A stretch of DNA of 33,567 nt from Elusimicrobiaceae bacterium (GTDB lineage: Bacteria > Elusimicrobiota > Elusimicrobia > Elusimicrobiales > Elusimicrobiaceae). Both the position numbers and the translations under genes were made by a program. The notes below the pieces were generated by a model that saw only the letters and a list, made by a program, of their open reading frames with translations, made no database searches and was not told the DNA's origin. Location of the stretch: NCBI GenBank assembly GCA_024405075.1, contig JAKSPG010000001.1, forward strand, positions 1-33,567. Reading direction: 5' to 3'. Position 1 is the stretch's first letter. Each line of letters opens with the position of its first letter. Positions 8,848-18,514 of the stretch are shown one piece after another.

Positions 8848-9005
8848 AAAAAAGACGACTGCTATTTGTGAGAAGCCAATCACACAAATAACAGCCGCCT
8901 ACCCATTATTGATACAAATCAGATAATAGGATTATTCGCTAACAGAACCGGGTTATAAGACCGCTTCCATTAGCAATAGCGACTATTTTTGGTTTGGCTT
9001 CTCCA
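8848..9005 (-). promoter_or_regulatory. Structured 5' leader RNA (three hairpins, the last an intrinsic terminator) upstream of the cassette pilin
   Basis: GGCGGCUGUUAUUUGUG/CACAAAUAGCAGUCGUC 17-bp stem with 3 G-U pairs followed by U6; further stems at ~8902-8930 and ~8938-8975; upstream GAGAAGCCAA (9003-8994) is complementary to the terminator loop region (8879-8870). Confidence 0.7.
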
Positions 9006-9167
9006 TTGTTTATACAATAGTGATGTCTAAAATAATTTAGACAACCAAAAACAGTACCAATTCAAATTTTGTATAAGCCGTTTCGGGGCTTATGGTATTA
9101 CAAAATATCTCCTGTATAAAATCTATATTTTCATGTTAGCATATTTATTTTCTATTTTGTGCGAGCC

Positions 9168-9368
9168 CTTGCGCGCGACTTCCTACCCAACCCGGTCAGC
9201 ATAAAATTTGAATATTTACCAAAAAGCACAAAAACCCACCAAATTTCCCATGCTATCAGTGGTGCATACAAAAATCCCCGTCGGGCGCGTTGCCTAACGG
9301 GGATTTATGCTGAAAATTGAAAACTAAAATACGGAGCTTTTAGTTCTGCTAGCACTATGCTGATTTTT
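9168..9368 (+). repeat. Junction J3: full cassette repeat
   Basis: Colinear with J1/J2; core aaaactaaaatacggagcttttagttctgctagcactatgctgatttt. Confidence 0.95.
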
Positions 9369-9370
9369 CA

Positions 9371-9650
9371 AACAGGCTGAAAACAGGCAAAAATTGATAG
9401 TTTTTTCTTTCCAAAGCGGTAGAAAAGCGGTTGAAAATAGCATTTTTTAATAAATTTGAAGCGGGGAGAAAGCGGCGAGGGTTGTTCCCAAACAGGTGAC
9501 AAACAGGCGAGGGATGCTATTTCCCTGCTAAACAGGGTAAATACAGCGAAAAAACAAGGAATTTATTTTAAATTTTAAAGATTTTCTGTATTGGCACCCC
9601 ATATAAATTTACCCAATTTCCTAAAATCCGGAACAGGGAACAAGCAGGGA
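9371..9650 (+). repeat. Cluster of paired AACAGG/AAGCGG hexamers with 11-bp period
   Basis: Pairs start at 9371/9382, 9414/9425, 9459/9470, 9491/9502, 9531/9542 (degenerate) and 9632/9643 (degenerate). Confidence 0.7.
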
Positions 9651-9652
9651 AT

Positions 9653-10702
9653 TTATTTGTTTAATTTGTATTTCCTTGCTTTTTTGGAGGGATCTGCTAC
9701 CACCACAAAACCCTGTCGTACCCACTTTTGAAGTAACTGTCTAGCCGTTCTGCCCGCGAAGTGGAACAGTTCTTCTACATCTTTGGAAGTGATAAATTCG
9801 CTCTTTTCAAACAGAATGAGAGCTTGTTTTTGGCGGGCATCTAGCGCGTTAATGGTTTTACTTCGGTCCTTTTCGGTGCCCTGTAACTGTAAATGTTTTT
9901 GCGCACTTTGGAATGAATAGAGCATACCGGACACAAAGAATTCAATCCAACCCGTTATATCGGCCTCGGCCCGGCCCATATAGTAATTGTGTGAGGGGCC
10001 CACCGCAAGTGCATTATAGTAATCTTGGATGTGCTGATAGTAATACTCTTCCAAATTGTAAATACCTTTAAGGTCATACCCGCCTTGGTGTAAAATAAGC
10101 GTAGTCAAAATACGGGCCGTTCTGCCGTTCCCGTCATAATACGGGTGTATGGTTACAAACTGGTAATGGACAATAGCTGCCACAATAGGGATAGGTAACG
10201 TGTGAGTGCTTTCGTTAATCCATTCCACAAGCCCGGTCATTAGTGGGCCTACATCTTTGGCTTCCGGTGGCATATATACAATCGTACCCGTTTGGGCATC
10301 TACTACCGAGTTTTGTTCCGTTCGGTACGCGGAAGGAGTGTTTTTGCCAATAATCAGGCCATGTAAGAGTTGGATATTTGACTCCGTAACAATATGCTTT
10401 TTAGCGAGTACAGCCACTTCATCCAAAGCATTAAAATACTCTTTGACTTCCTTTTCATCCCGTTCCCGGCCTTGAATAGCTTGCCCTTTTAATACCTCGC
10501 GTACTTCCCGCTCTGTTAAGCGGTTTCCCTCAATTACAGTAGAAGAGTGCGTGGTAACAAGGCGGGAGGTTGCCTTAAGCCCGACAAGTACCCGCGGCGT
10601 TAATGGCATATCCTTGACCTGCTCTTTGATTTGGTCTATTTTATAGAGCTTTTCAAGGATAGATTGGGTAATTTGGTAATTCGGATAAAATGTTATTGGC
10701 AT
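9653..10702 (-). CDS. Fic family protein with a C-terminal winged HTH
   Basis: Fic motif HPYYDGNGRTAR; SSTVIEGN; C-terminal ITSKDVEELF..GRTARQLLQKWVRQG. Start re-set to ATG 10702 after AGGAG (10717-10713). Confidence 0.93.
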   Translation of the reverse strand: MPITFYPNYQITQSILEKLYKIDQIKEQVKDMPLTPRVLVGLKATSRLVTTHSSTVIEGNRLTEREVREVLKGQAIQGRERDEKEVKEYFNALDEVAVLAKKHIVTESNIQLLHGLIIGKNTPSAYRTEQNSVVDAQTGTIVYMPPEAKDVGPLMTGLVEWINESTHTLPIPIVAAIVHYQFVTIHPYYDGNGRTARILTTLILHQGGYDLKGIYNLEEYYYQHIQDYYNALAVGPSHNYYMGRAEADITGWIEFFVSGMLYSFQSAQKHLQLQGTEKDRSKTINALDARQKQALILFEKSEFITSKDVEELFHFAGRTARQLLQKWVRQGFVVVADPSKKARKYKLNK

Positions 10703-10757
10703 ATTATTGGCGCTCCTATATGCCATTATTATGCCATTAAATAGGCGGAAATGTCAA
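10693..10757 (-). promoter_or_regulatory. fic promoter with a repeat-type operator
   Basis: TTGACA (10757-10752), 18 bp, TGn-CATAAT (10733-10728), overlapped by tatgccatta x2 and oppositely oriented ttattggc x2. Confidence 0.55.
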
Positions 10758-10774
10758 GAATTAAAATAAAATAC

Positions 10775-10803
10775 TTGACAAATAAATAATTTATTAGTAA
10801 ACT
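10775..10803 (+). promoter_or_regulatory. marR-operon promoter with a palindromic operator; probably leaderless
   Basis: TTGACA-17bp-TAAACT; palindrome aataaa-taa-tttatt (10781-10795) in the spacer; ATG at 10810 with no RBS. Confidence 0.65.
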
Positions 10804-10809
10804 ATTTAT

Positions 10810-11298
10810 ATGGAAACAAATAAAACGAACTTACGTCCTTACGGTATCAATCCGGAAAAAGGACGTGCGTATGAAAATATTACGTATGTGTTAGCGTTGG
10901 TTTATAACCTATTACAAGCCCGTGTGGAAAAATACTTGCTTCCGCATGGTTTGTCGGCTGTGCAATTTAATTTACTGATGCTTGCCTCTTATCAAAATAA
11001 TGGCAAAGGGCTTAGCCAAGTGGAGTTATCTAAGCGGCTTATTGCCTCCGCCAGTAACATTACTAAACTGGTAGAAAAATCGGTTCAAGCCGGTTTTATT
11101 ACGCGCAAAACAAATCCACAAAGCCGCCGCGAAAATATCATTTGTATTACGAAAAAAGGGCAGGAACTTATTGATAAAGTGTGGCCTGGATATGACCAAC
11201 TGGTAAAAAGTTTGACGGAAAAAATCCCTGCCGCAGATCACCCACAAATGGAACAAATTTTAAAAGATTGGTTTGTCGCACTGCAGGAGGGAAAATAA
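10810..11298 (+). CDS. MarR family transcriptional regulator
   Basis: GLSAVQFNLL, LSQVELSKRL, NITKLV, SRRENIICITKKG pattern. Confidence 0.92.
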   Translation: METNKTNLRPYGINPEKGRAYENITYVLALVYNLLQARVEKYLLPHGLSAVQFNLLMLASYQNNGKGLSQVELSKRLIASASNITKLVEKSVQAGFITRKTNPQSRRENIICITKKGQELIDKVWPGYDQLVKSLTEKIPAADHPQMEQILKDWFVALQEGK

Positions 11299-11299
11299 T

Positions 11300-14200
11300 A
11301 TGTTGTCTTTACTCAAAACTTTCTTTAATCGTTCGTTTTTGGCCCTATTTTGTACGCAGTATCTAGGTGCATTTAACGATAATTTCTTCCGCACGGCTAT
11401 GGCTACTTTTATTACTTACAAAGTAACCAGTATGTCTGCCGGAAGCAAATCGGTGGTAGTATCGCTAGCAGTGGCGTTATTTATGTTGCCGTTTTTCTTG
11501 TTCTCGGCATTGGCCGGGGAATTAGCGGATAAATTTCGCAAAGATATCCTTATTAAAGCCACTAAAGGGTTGGAAGTTGTTATCGTTCTTTTAGCCGGGG
11601 TCGGATTTTTAACGACCAACGTACCACTTTTACTGGGTGTACTATTTTTAATGGGTACGCAGTCGGCCTTTTTTGGACCCGTAAAATACAGCATCTTGCC
11701 TGATATTTTGGGTGAAAAACAACTCATTGCCGGTAACGGTATTATTGAAGCGGGAACGTATGGTTCTATTTTGCAAGGCACGATTTTCGGTGGAATTATC
11801 ATTGCCGCTAATGAATTGTGGTTGCCCGGCATTATTTTAGGGGTAGCGTTGCTAGGGTTGCTTGCCAGTTTGTTTATTCCGGCTCAAAAACCGGCCAATG
11901 CGGATTTGAAAGTAGATAAAAATTTCATCCGCAGTACTTGGAAAAATATGGCGTTTGCCAAGCAGAACCACGATATTTTTCTGTGTATTTTAGGTATCTC
12001 TTGGTTTTGGATGTTGGGCACAGCGCTTGTTGCCCAAATGCCTTCTTTGGCACATGATATTTTAAACGGGACTCCCGGACTTTTTACCTTTTTGCTCACG
12101 CTTTTCTCTTGTGGTATTGGATTGGGGTCCTTACTTTGCCAGTTTTTAGTAAAAGGCGAAATTACCAGCAAATACGTTCCGGTAAGCGCCCTTATTATGA
12201 CGGTATTTTTAGCCGATTTAGCGTGGGCTACTGCGGGCTATGTTCCATCTGCGGTCCCAGTGGATTACAAGGCATTTTTGCTAACCTTCGCGGGTAAACG
12301 TGTTACGCTTGATTTGCTTGGTTTTGCGGTGTGCGGAGGGTTATATATCGTACCGCTTAATGCTATGTTGCAATTTTTGGCTACTGGGGATACCCGCTCC
12401 CGTGTGATTGCTACCAATAACATCATTAATTCGCTTTTCATGGTACTCGGTAGTGGCTTTTGTGCGCTGCTACTTGCCATGCACTTTACGATTCCTACTG
12501 TGTTTGGCGTGATTGCGTTTGCTAACGCGTTAGCTGCCATTTACATTTGCGGTCTATTGCCGCATCACATCATTCGCATGATGATGACGCGCATTTTGAA
12601 TTTTGTGTACGGTGTAAAAGTAAACGGGTTAGAAAACTGGAAAAATTTGCAAGGCAATGCACTTATTATTGCCAATCATACGTCGTTTTTAGATGCAGTG
12701 CTATTGTGGGTATATATCCCTGGCCATTTGTATTTTGCCATTGATACATACGTGAGTCAAAAATGGTGGGTCAAACCGTTTTTGCACTTAGTCAAATACT
12801 TTCCGATTGATCCCACCAACCCGATGGCAGTAAAATCCATTATTGAAGAAGTAAAATCGGGTAAACGGGTAGTTATTTTCCCGGAAGGACGTATTACCAC
12901 GACTGGGGGGCTGATGAAAATTTATCCCGGCCCTGCTATGATTGCCGATAAAAGTAATGCGCAATTACTTCCCATTTGTTTGGAAGGCAGCCAGTATTCG
13001 CTATTTTCTCGTTTTGGCACGCAATTAAAAACACGTCCGCAAAGTAAAATTACGATTTCTATTCAAGCTCCTAAAACCTTAAAAATTGACGAAACTATCA
13101 AGGGAAAAGCGCGCCGTTTGGCGGCCGCCCGTGGACTTTACGATATTATGGTCAATATGAAGTACGAGGCGGGCAATATCAGCGAGACGTTGTTTGATTC
13201 GCTCATTGATGCCTATAAATTAGTGGGCCGTAAAAAACGTATTATCAATGACGCTACCCGTCATCCGCTTAACTTCGGCCAATTTTTAACGGCTGTATTT
13301 GTACTTGGTAAACAAATCCAAAAGTATACCAAGCCGGGCGAAATGGCAGGATTTTTACTCCCCAATATGACGGCTAGTGTGGTAGCGTTTTTTGGTATGC
13401 GCGCGTTTAATATTACGCCGTGTATGCTGAACTTTTCTACGGGTGTAAAAAATATGCTGGCGTGTTGCAAGGCAGCAGAAATTTTTACCGTGTTTACTTC
13501 CAAAACATTTTTGGAACAAGGAGGGCTCTCGGAAACGGCGGCCGCGCTTAAACAAGCAGGGTTGAAACTTGTTTATTTGGAAGATCTCCAAACACAAATT
13601 ACGCTTTGGGATAAATTAGTGGGCTTGGCGGTTTCTTATGCGCCGCGCCGTTATTACAAAATGGTGCGTGGTAATGTTAGCCCCAAGGATCCGGCGGTTG
13701 TGCTCTTTACATCGGGAAGCGAGGGAACCCCCAAAGGGGTGGTTCTTTCCCATGAAAATATCCAAGCCAACCGTTTGCAACTGCAAAGCGTGCTAGATTT
13801 TGGGCTTAAAGACCGTGTGTTTAACGCTATGCCCATTTTTCATTCATTTGGACTTACGGTGGGAACGCTACTTCCATTATTGTGCGGGGTACCTGTATTT
13901 TTCTATCCGTCTCCGTTGCATTACCGCATTGTGCCGGAACTCATTTATGATAGCAACGCTACCATTATTTTCGGCACGGATACATTTTTTAACGGATACG
14001 CAAAAATGGCTCACCCGTATGATTTTTACTCCGTGCGTTTAGCCGTAGTGGGTGCTGAAAAACTGAAAGAAGAGACCATCCGTAAATACTACGACCAATT
14101 CGGTTTGCGTATCATGGAAGGATACGGTGCAACCGAAACAGCGCCCGTAATGGCCGTCAATACGCCCATGTACTTTAAACGCGGTAGCGTAGGGCGTTTG

Positions 14201-14710
14201 CTACCGGGTATTGAATATAAGTTGGAACAAATCCCCGGCGTTGAAGATGGAGGTAAACTGCTTGTCAAAGGAGCCAATATTATGGCCGGGTATCTACGCG
14301 AGAGTAACCCCGGTGTATTAGAGCCGCCGCAAGATGGGTGGTACGATACTGGCGATATTGTGCGTGTGGACGAAGATGGATTTGTGTTTATCTTGGGTCG
14401 TGCTAAACGCTTTGCCAAAATTGCAGGCGAGATGATTTCCTTAACCGCTGTGGAAACAGAAATCAATGCGCTGTGGCCTAACAAAATGCACGCGGTAGTA
14501 AACATCCCCGATGAGAAAAAAGGTGAACAGTTGGTACTGTTTACCACGGAACCGACGGCCGAACGCGGATCCTTGCTTGCCGATTTCAAAGAGAAAGGCC
14601 TTAGTGAACTGGCCGTGCCCAAAACGATTCGTGTAGTGGAAGAAATTCCGCTCATGGGTACAGGTAAAGTAGATTATGTAAAGTTAAAAGAGATGGCATT
14701 AAACAGCTAG
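11300..14710 (+). CDS. aas: LplT-type MFS + acyltransferase + acyl-ACP synthetase fusion (Aas-like acyl-[ACP]--phospholipid O-acyltransferase)
   Basis: TQYLGAFNDN and FGPVKY (LplT-like MFS); NHTSFLD and FPEG (PlsC); FTSGSEGTPKG, EGYGATE, YDTGD (AMP-binding). ATG 11300 after AGGAGG. Confidence 0.93.
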   Translation: MLSLLKTFFNRSFLALFCTQYLGAFNDNFFRTAMATFITYKVTSMSAGSKSVVVSLAVALFMLPFFLFSALAGELADKFRKDILIKATKGLEVVIVLLAGVGFLTTNVPLLLGVLFLMGTQSAFFGPVKYSILPDILGEKQLIAGNGIIEAGTYGSILQGTIFGGIIIAANELWLPGIILGVALLGLLASLFIPAQKPANADLKVDKNFIRSTWKNMAFAKQNHDIFLCILGISWFWMLGTALVAQMPSLAHDILNGTPGLFTFLLTLFSCGIGLGSLLCQFLVKGEITSKYVPVSALIMTVFLADLAWATAGYVPSAVPVDYKAFLLTFAGKRVTLDLLGFAVCGGLYIVPLNAMLQFLATGDTRSRVIATNNIINSLFMVLGSGFCALLLAMHFTIPTVFGVIAFANALAAIYICGLLPHHIIRMMMTRILNFVYGVKVNGLENWKNLQGNALIIANHTSFLDAVLLWVYIPGHLYFAIDTYVSQKWWVKPFLHLVKYFPIDPTNPMAVKSIIEEVKSGKRVVIFPEGRITTTGGLMKIYPGPAMIADKSNAQLLPICLEGSQYSLFSRFGTQLKTRPQSKITISIQAPKTLKIDETIKGKARRLAAARGLYDIMVNMKYEAGNISETLFDSLIDAYKLVGRKKRIINDATRHPLNFGQFLTAVFVLGKQIQKYTKPGEMAGFLLPNMTASVVAFFGMRAFNITPCMLNFSTGVKNMLACCKAAEIFTVFTSKTFLEQGGLSETAAALKQAGLKLVYLEDLQTQITLWDKLVGLAVSYAPRRYYKMVRGNVSPKDPAVVLFTSGSEGTPKGVVLSHENIQANRLQLQSVLDFGLKDRVFNAMPIFHSFGLTVGTLLPLLCGVPVFFYPSPLHYRIVPELIYDSNATIIFGTDTFFNGYAKMAHPYDFYSVRLAVVGAEKLKEETIRKYYDQFGLRIMEGYGATETAPVMAVNTPMYFKRGSVGRLLPGIEYKLEQIPGVEDGGKLLVKGANIMAGYLRESNPGVLEPPQDGWYDTGDIVRVDEDGFVFILGRAKRFAKIAGEMISLTAVETEINALWPNKMHAVVNIPDEKKGEQLVLFTTEPTAERGSLLADFKEKGLSELAVPKTIRVVEEIPLMGTGKVDYVKLKEMALNS

Positions 14711-14718
14711 GATTTATT

Positions 14719-15702
14719 ATGACTAAATTACACATTGAAAGCATTGCCTATGAATTGCCGGATCGGTATGTCTTGTCTAATGAACTTGACGAAAAATGTC
14801 AAACCCCTATTGGATATACCGAAGAATATATCGGTATCAAGTCACGCTATTATTTTGATAAGAAAACCGTGCTGGCAGGTGGTGCGGCAGCAGCTCAAAA
14901 GGCCGTGGAGCAAGCCGGACTGACGTGGGCAGATATTGATTGCATGGTGGCGGCTTCTGCTACCAAATGGCAACCCATTCCGTGCATGGCTGCTTGTCTA
15001 AAACAAGAGTTAGGAGTATCTGATTATACGTTTCCTTGTTTTGATATAGACAGTACTTGTTTAAGCTTTATGGTGGCAGTGGATACGTTGGCATGCGGGT
15101 TAGAAAGTGGGAAATATAAACACGTGCTTGTGGTTTCTGCCGAACAACCTTCAGGCGTTATTAATTGGAATCAACCCAAAAGTGCGTGTTTATTTGGAGA
15201 TATGGCCGTAGCGGCTATATTGGGACGAGGAAGTGCAGAGAAGCCTTTCTTCTCATGTTTTAGCACTCACATCCAAGGAGCCGATTTTGCTCGTATTAAA
15301 GGTGGACAACTGGCACAGCTTCCCACATCATATACACCGCAAAATCATAACGATTATTTGTTTGATATGAACGGACGAAGTATCTATAAAGTTTCGGCAA
15401 AAGTATTACCCGGATTTATTGAAAATGCATTTAAACAAACAGGGCTTACATGGAAAGATATTGCCATGGTTATTCCGCACCAAGCCTCTCCGCTAGCCAT
15501 GACGCTGATGTGTAAAAAACTAGGGATTCCTTTGGAAAAAATGATGTTTACGATACAAGATTATGGCAATAATGTGGCGGCTTCCATTCCGTTTGCATTT
15601 GCTAAAGCCACTGAGCAGGGTAAAATCAAACGAGGCGACAAAGTAATGCTACTGGGCACGTCAGCGGGTTTATCTATTGGGGTGATGATTCTTGAGTACT
15701 AA
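14719..15702 (+). CDS. Beta-ketoacyl-ACP synthase III (FabH-like)
   Basis: Cys-His-Asn triad: STCLSF, IPHQAS, YGNNVAAS; LFGD. Confidence 0.9.
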   Translation: MTKLHIESIAYELPDRYVLSNELDEKCQTPIGYTEEYIGIKSRYYFDKKTVLAGGAAAAQKAVEQAGLTWADIDCMVAASATKWQPIPCMAACLKQELGVSDYTFPCFDIDSTCLSFMVAVDTLACGLESGKYKHVLVVSAEQPSGVINWNQPKSACLFGDMAVAAILGRGSAEKPFFSCFSTHIQGADFARIKGGQLAQLPTSYTPQNHNDYLFDMNGRSIYKVSAKVLPGFIENAFKQTGLTWKDIAMVIPHQASPLAMTLMCKKLGIPLEKMMFTIQDYGNNVAASIPFAFAKATEQGKIKRGDKVMLLGTSAGLSIGVMILEY

Positions 15703-16789
15703 AGTGCTATTTACAGGGGCGCGGGCGCCTATTGTAGCGTACATGGCTCGCTTGCTTGGGCAAGTGGGATATGAAGTGTGCGCCGCAGATAGCACATACG
15801 CAAGTGTTTGCGTAGCGAGCTGTTTTGTGCATAAATTTATTAAACTTCCTAAACCAACTGATTCCAATTACAGAGATACGTTGTGCAAGATAGTACAAAA
15901 GTACCAGATTGACTATATAATTCCCACCTGTGAAGAAATTTTTTACCTTGCTCAATTCCGGCAAGAATTATCCCAACATGCTCGCGTATTTTGCGAGGAA
16001 GCCCCAAAACTAATTTCGTTACATGACAAATGGAGTTTTTATAATTATTTATGTAAGGTCGGTTTAAGAACACCCGCTACCCAACTAGCAGACCAAGCAG
16101 ACGAAACGTGGGAAGAACCGCATATCATTAAGCCGCGCTTTTCTCGTTTTGCCAGTAAGGTAAGATGTGAAACGAAATTGCCCAAGACAATGGCAGATAA
16201 CCGTCATATCGTGCAAGAGTTTATCAACGGAAAACAAATTTGTTCGTATGCTTTTTGCAAAGAGGGGAAAGTACTTGCCCAATGTGTGTATGAGCCGGTT
16301 CTAGCGGCTGGCAAAGGAGCCGGGATTTTGCTTAAGCGTATCTCCCATCCGCAAGCGGAAGAAATAACAGCGCGTATTAGCCAAGATTTTTGTTTTACAG
16401 GGCAAATTGCCTTTGATTTTATAGAAAAGGATAACAATGAATTATATGTTATAGAGTGTAACCCGCGTGCGACGAATGGACTTGGTTTTTTAGGCGCTGA
16501 TTTTGTGCGGTTGTTATCTAATGAAAGAACAGTTAAAAAGGATAACCCTTCTGTGCTGATTTCCCACTTGGCGGTTTGGTGTTATGGGGTACTACAACCT
16601 CTTAAAACCCTGCAAGCCCACAGATTGTGCGTTGGAGCGGTTGATTTTGTATCGTTTAAACAAGACCCCCTTGCGTGGCTAGCGCAAATCCCGATAGTAA
16701 TTTGGTGGCTATTCAAAGGACTTTGGTGTGGCGGGCCGATGGCGGCCAGCACCGTAGATATTGAGTTTAACGGAGCCAATTATTTATGA
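15692..16789 (+). CDS. ATP-grasp domain protein
   Basis: IIPTCEE, LHDK, IIKP, VQEFING, QIAFDF, IECNPR. Confidence 0.85.
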   Translation: MSTKVLFTGARAPIVAYMARLLGQVGYEVCAADSTYASVCVASCFVHKFIKLPKPTDSNYRDTLCKIVQKYQIDYIIPTCEEIFYLAQFRQELSQHARVFCEEAPKLISLHDKWSFYNYLCKVGLRTPATQLADQADETWEEPHIIKPRFSRFASKVRCETKLPKTMADNRHIVQEFINGKQICSYAFCKEGKVLAQCVYEPVLAAGKGAGILLKRISHPQAEEITARISQDFCFTGQIAFDFIEKDNNELYVIECNPRATNGLGFLGADFVRLLSNERTVKKDNPSVLISHLAVWCYGVLQPLKTLQAHRLCVGAVDFVSFKQDPLAWLAQIPIVIWWLFKGLWCGGPMAASTVDIEFNGANYL

Positions 16790-17757
16790 AAATACTTGTA
16801 ACAGGGGCAACCGGTTTTTTGGGTAAGCGGACTTGTGAAATCTTAGCAAGCCAAGGCCATCAAGTGGTGGGGATTGGTCGCAATCGCGCTAAAGCCCCCG
16901 CTGGAATTAAATTTTTTCAGGTCGATTTAACCTATCTCTTACCGCCGGAAGTATGGCAAGGAGTGGAAGCTGTCGTCCACTGTGCGGCAAAAAGTTCCGT
17001 ATGGGGCAAGTACGATGATTTTTATCAAAACAATGTAGTGGCTACTCGGTTATTAGCCAAGCAAGCTTTACACCAAGGGGTCAAACTCTTTGTGCATATT
17101 TCATCTACTAGCGTATATTTTGATTCCAAAAATCACCAACAAATTACCGAGGAAATGCCACTCCCCAAACATAAGGCTAATCATTATGCCGAAACTAAAT
17201 TTTTGGCAGAACAAGAAATGCTGAAATTTGTCCGTAAAGGGTTACCGGCTATTATTTTGCGCCCGCGTGCCATATTCGGGGTGGGAGACAGCGCTTTGCT
17301 ACCGCGTCTTTTGAAAGTAAATAATGAAAAATTCTTCCCGGAATTTACTAATAATGGGGGTCCTCTAACCGATATAACGTACGTGGATAACGTGGTAGAA
17401 GCCATTACATGTGCGTTGCAAGCTCCAACATCCTGCTACGGGCAAATTTATAATATTACCAACGGGGAAAGTGTTTTAATCCAGCAAACAGTTAAACGGT
17501 TAGTGGAAAATTTAGGATATACTTATCACGGGAAACGGGTTCCGTTTGCTTTAGCCAAAATGTATGCTTATTTTTTAGAAAAATGGCATCAGTTATTTTG
17601 CCCTAAAACAGAGCCGCCTTTTACCGTATCTAGTATTAGTTTAATTGCTAGGGACCAAACATTTTGTATTGGCAAAGCACGCCGGGAACTGGGTTATCAA
17701 CCTAAAATAACTGTTGCACAGGGGCTAGCGTATGTTACCCAACATTGGAAACATTAA
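16786..17757 (+). CDS. NAD-dependent epimerase/dehydratase (3-beta-HSD-like extended SDR)
   Basis: TGATGFLG; YAETK; LRPRAIFG. Confidence 0.92.
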   Translation: MKILVTGATGFLGKRTCEILASQGHQVVGIGRNRAKAPAGIKFFQVDLTYLLPPEVWQGVEAVVHCAAKSSVWGKYDDFYQNNVVATRLLAKQALHQGVKLFVHISSTSVYFDSKNHQQITEEMPLPKHKANHYAETKFLAEQEMLKFVRKGLPAIILRPRAIFGVGDSALLPRLLKVNNEKFFPEFTNNGGPLTDITYVDNVVEAITCALQAPTSCYGQIYNITNGESVLIQQTVKRLVENLGYTYHGKRVPFALAKMYAYFLEKWHQLFCPKTEPPFTVSSISLIARDQTFCIGKARRELGYQPKITVAQGLAYVTQHWKH

Positions 17758-18514
17758 AATATTATCTTGCGGTTATTGCACACAACTGGAATGGCTTGTT
17801 TCCAAACAAGGATATTGGAAAAGGGTGCGTTTTCCAGCACGTTGTTTTCTAGCGCCTTTGCAAAATGGATATTTGTTATTCGATAGTGGTTATGGTGCTG
17901 ACGTAGGCCACATTATGCAATCATGGCCAGCTTGGTTGTATAAAACACTTATCCCGGTAACAATACCCCCTAATCAAACTGCAGCTATGCAACTAAGTGC
18001 GTTGGGGATATCCAAGGATGATATAAAATATATTTTTATTTCCCACTTCCACGCAGACCATATTGGGGGATTGCGAGATTTCCCGAAGGCTCGGTTTATT
18101 TGTTCACAAGAGGGATACCAAGCTCTTAAAAAGCTTTCCAAGTTTCGTCAGGTTTGCAAAGGATTTGTGAGCGAGTTTTTACCGGATGATTTTGAACAAC
18201 GAGTGATATTTGTAGATACAAATAATGCCCAAAAATTAAATAATTTAACAGTATCTCCTTTGGCAGATTTACCGAATATGTATGCAATAGAACTCCCCGG
18301 TCATGCCAAGGGCCAGTTGGGGTTATGGCTTAAAAACGAAAATATTTTACTGGCCGCCGATGCAGCGTGGCGGCACACTAATTTAAAACCCGGGGCAGAG
18401 CCGTCGTCTATCGCTTTGCTGCTTTGTGAAGATAAAATACGTTATTTACAAACTCTTTCTGCTTTAACCAAGTGGGCGGAAGTACAAATTTTATTCACGC
18501 ACGAGGAAGAATAA
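17732..18514 (+). CDS. MBL-fold metallo-hydrolase
   Basis: SHFHADHIGG; LPGHAKG; AADA. Confidence 0.9.
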   Translation: MLPNIGNIKILSCGYCTQLEWLVSKQGYWKRVRFPARCFLAPLQNGYLLFDSGYGADVGHIMQSWPAWLYKTLIPVTIPPNQTAAMQLSALGISKDDIKYIFISHFHADHIGGLRDFPKARFICSQEGYQALKKLSKFRQVCKGFVSEFLPDDFEQRVIFVDTNNAQKLNNLTVSPLADLPNMYAIELPGHAKGQLGLWLKNENILLAADAAWRHTNLKPGAEPSSIALLLCEDKIRYLQTLSALTKWAEVQILFTHEEE

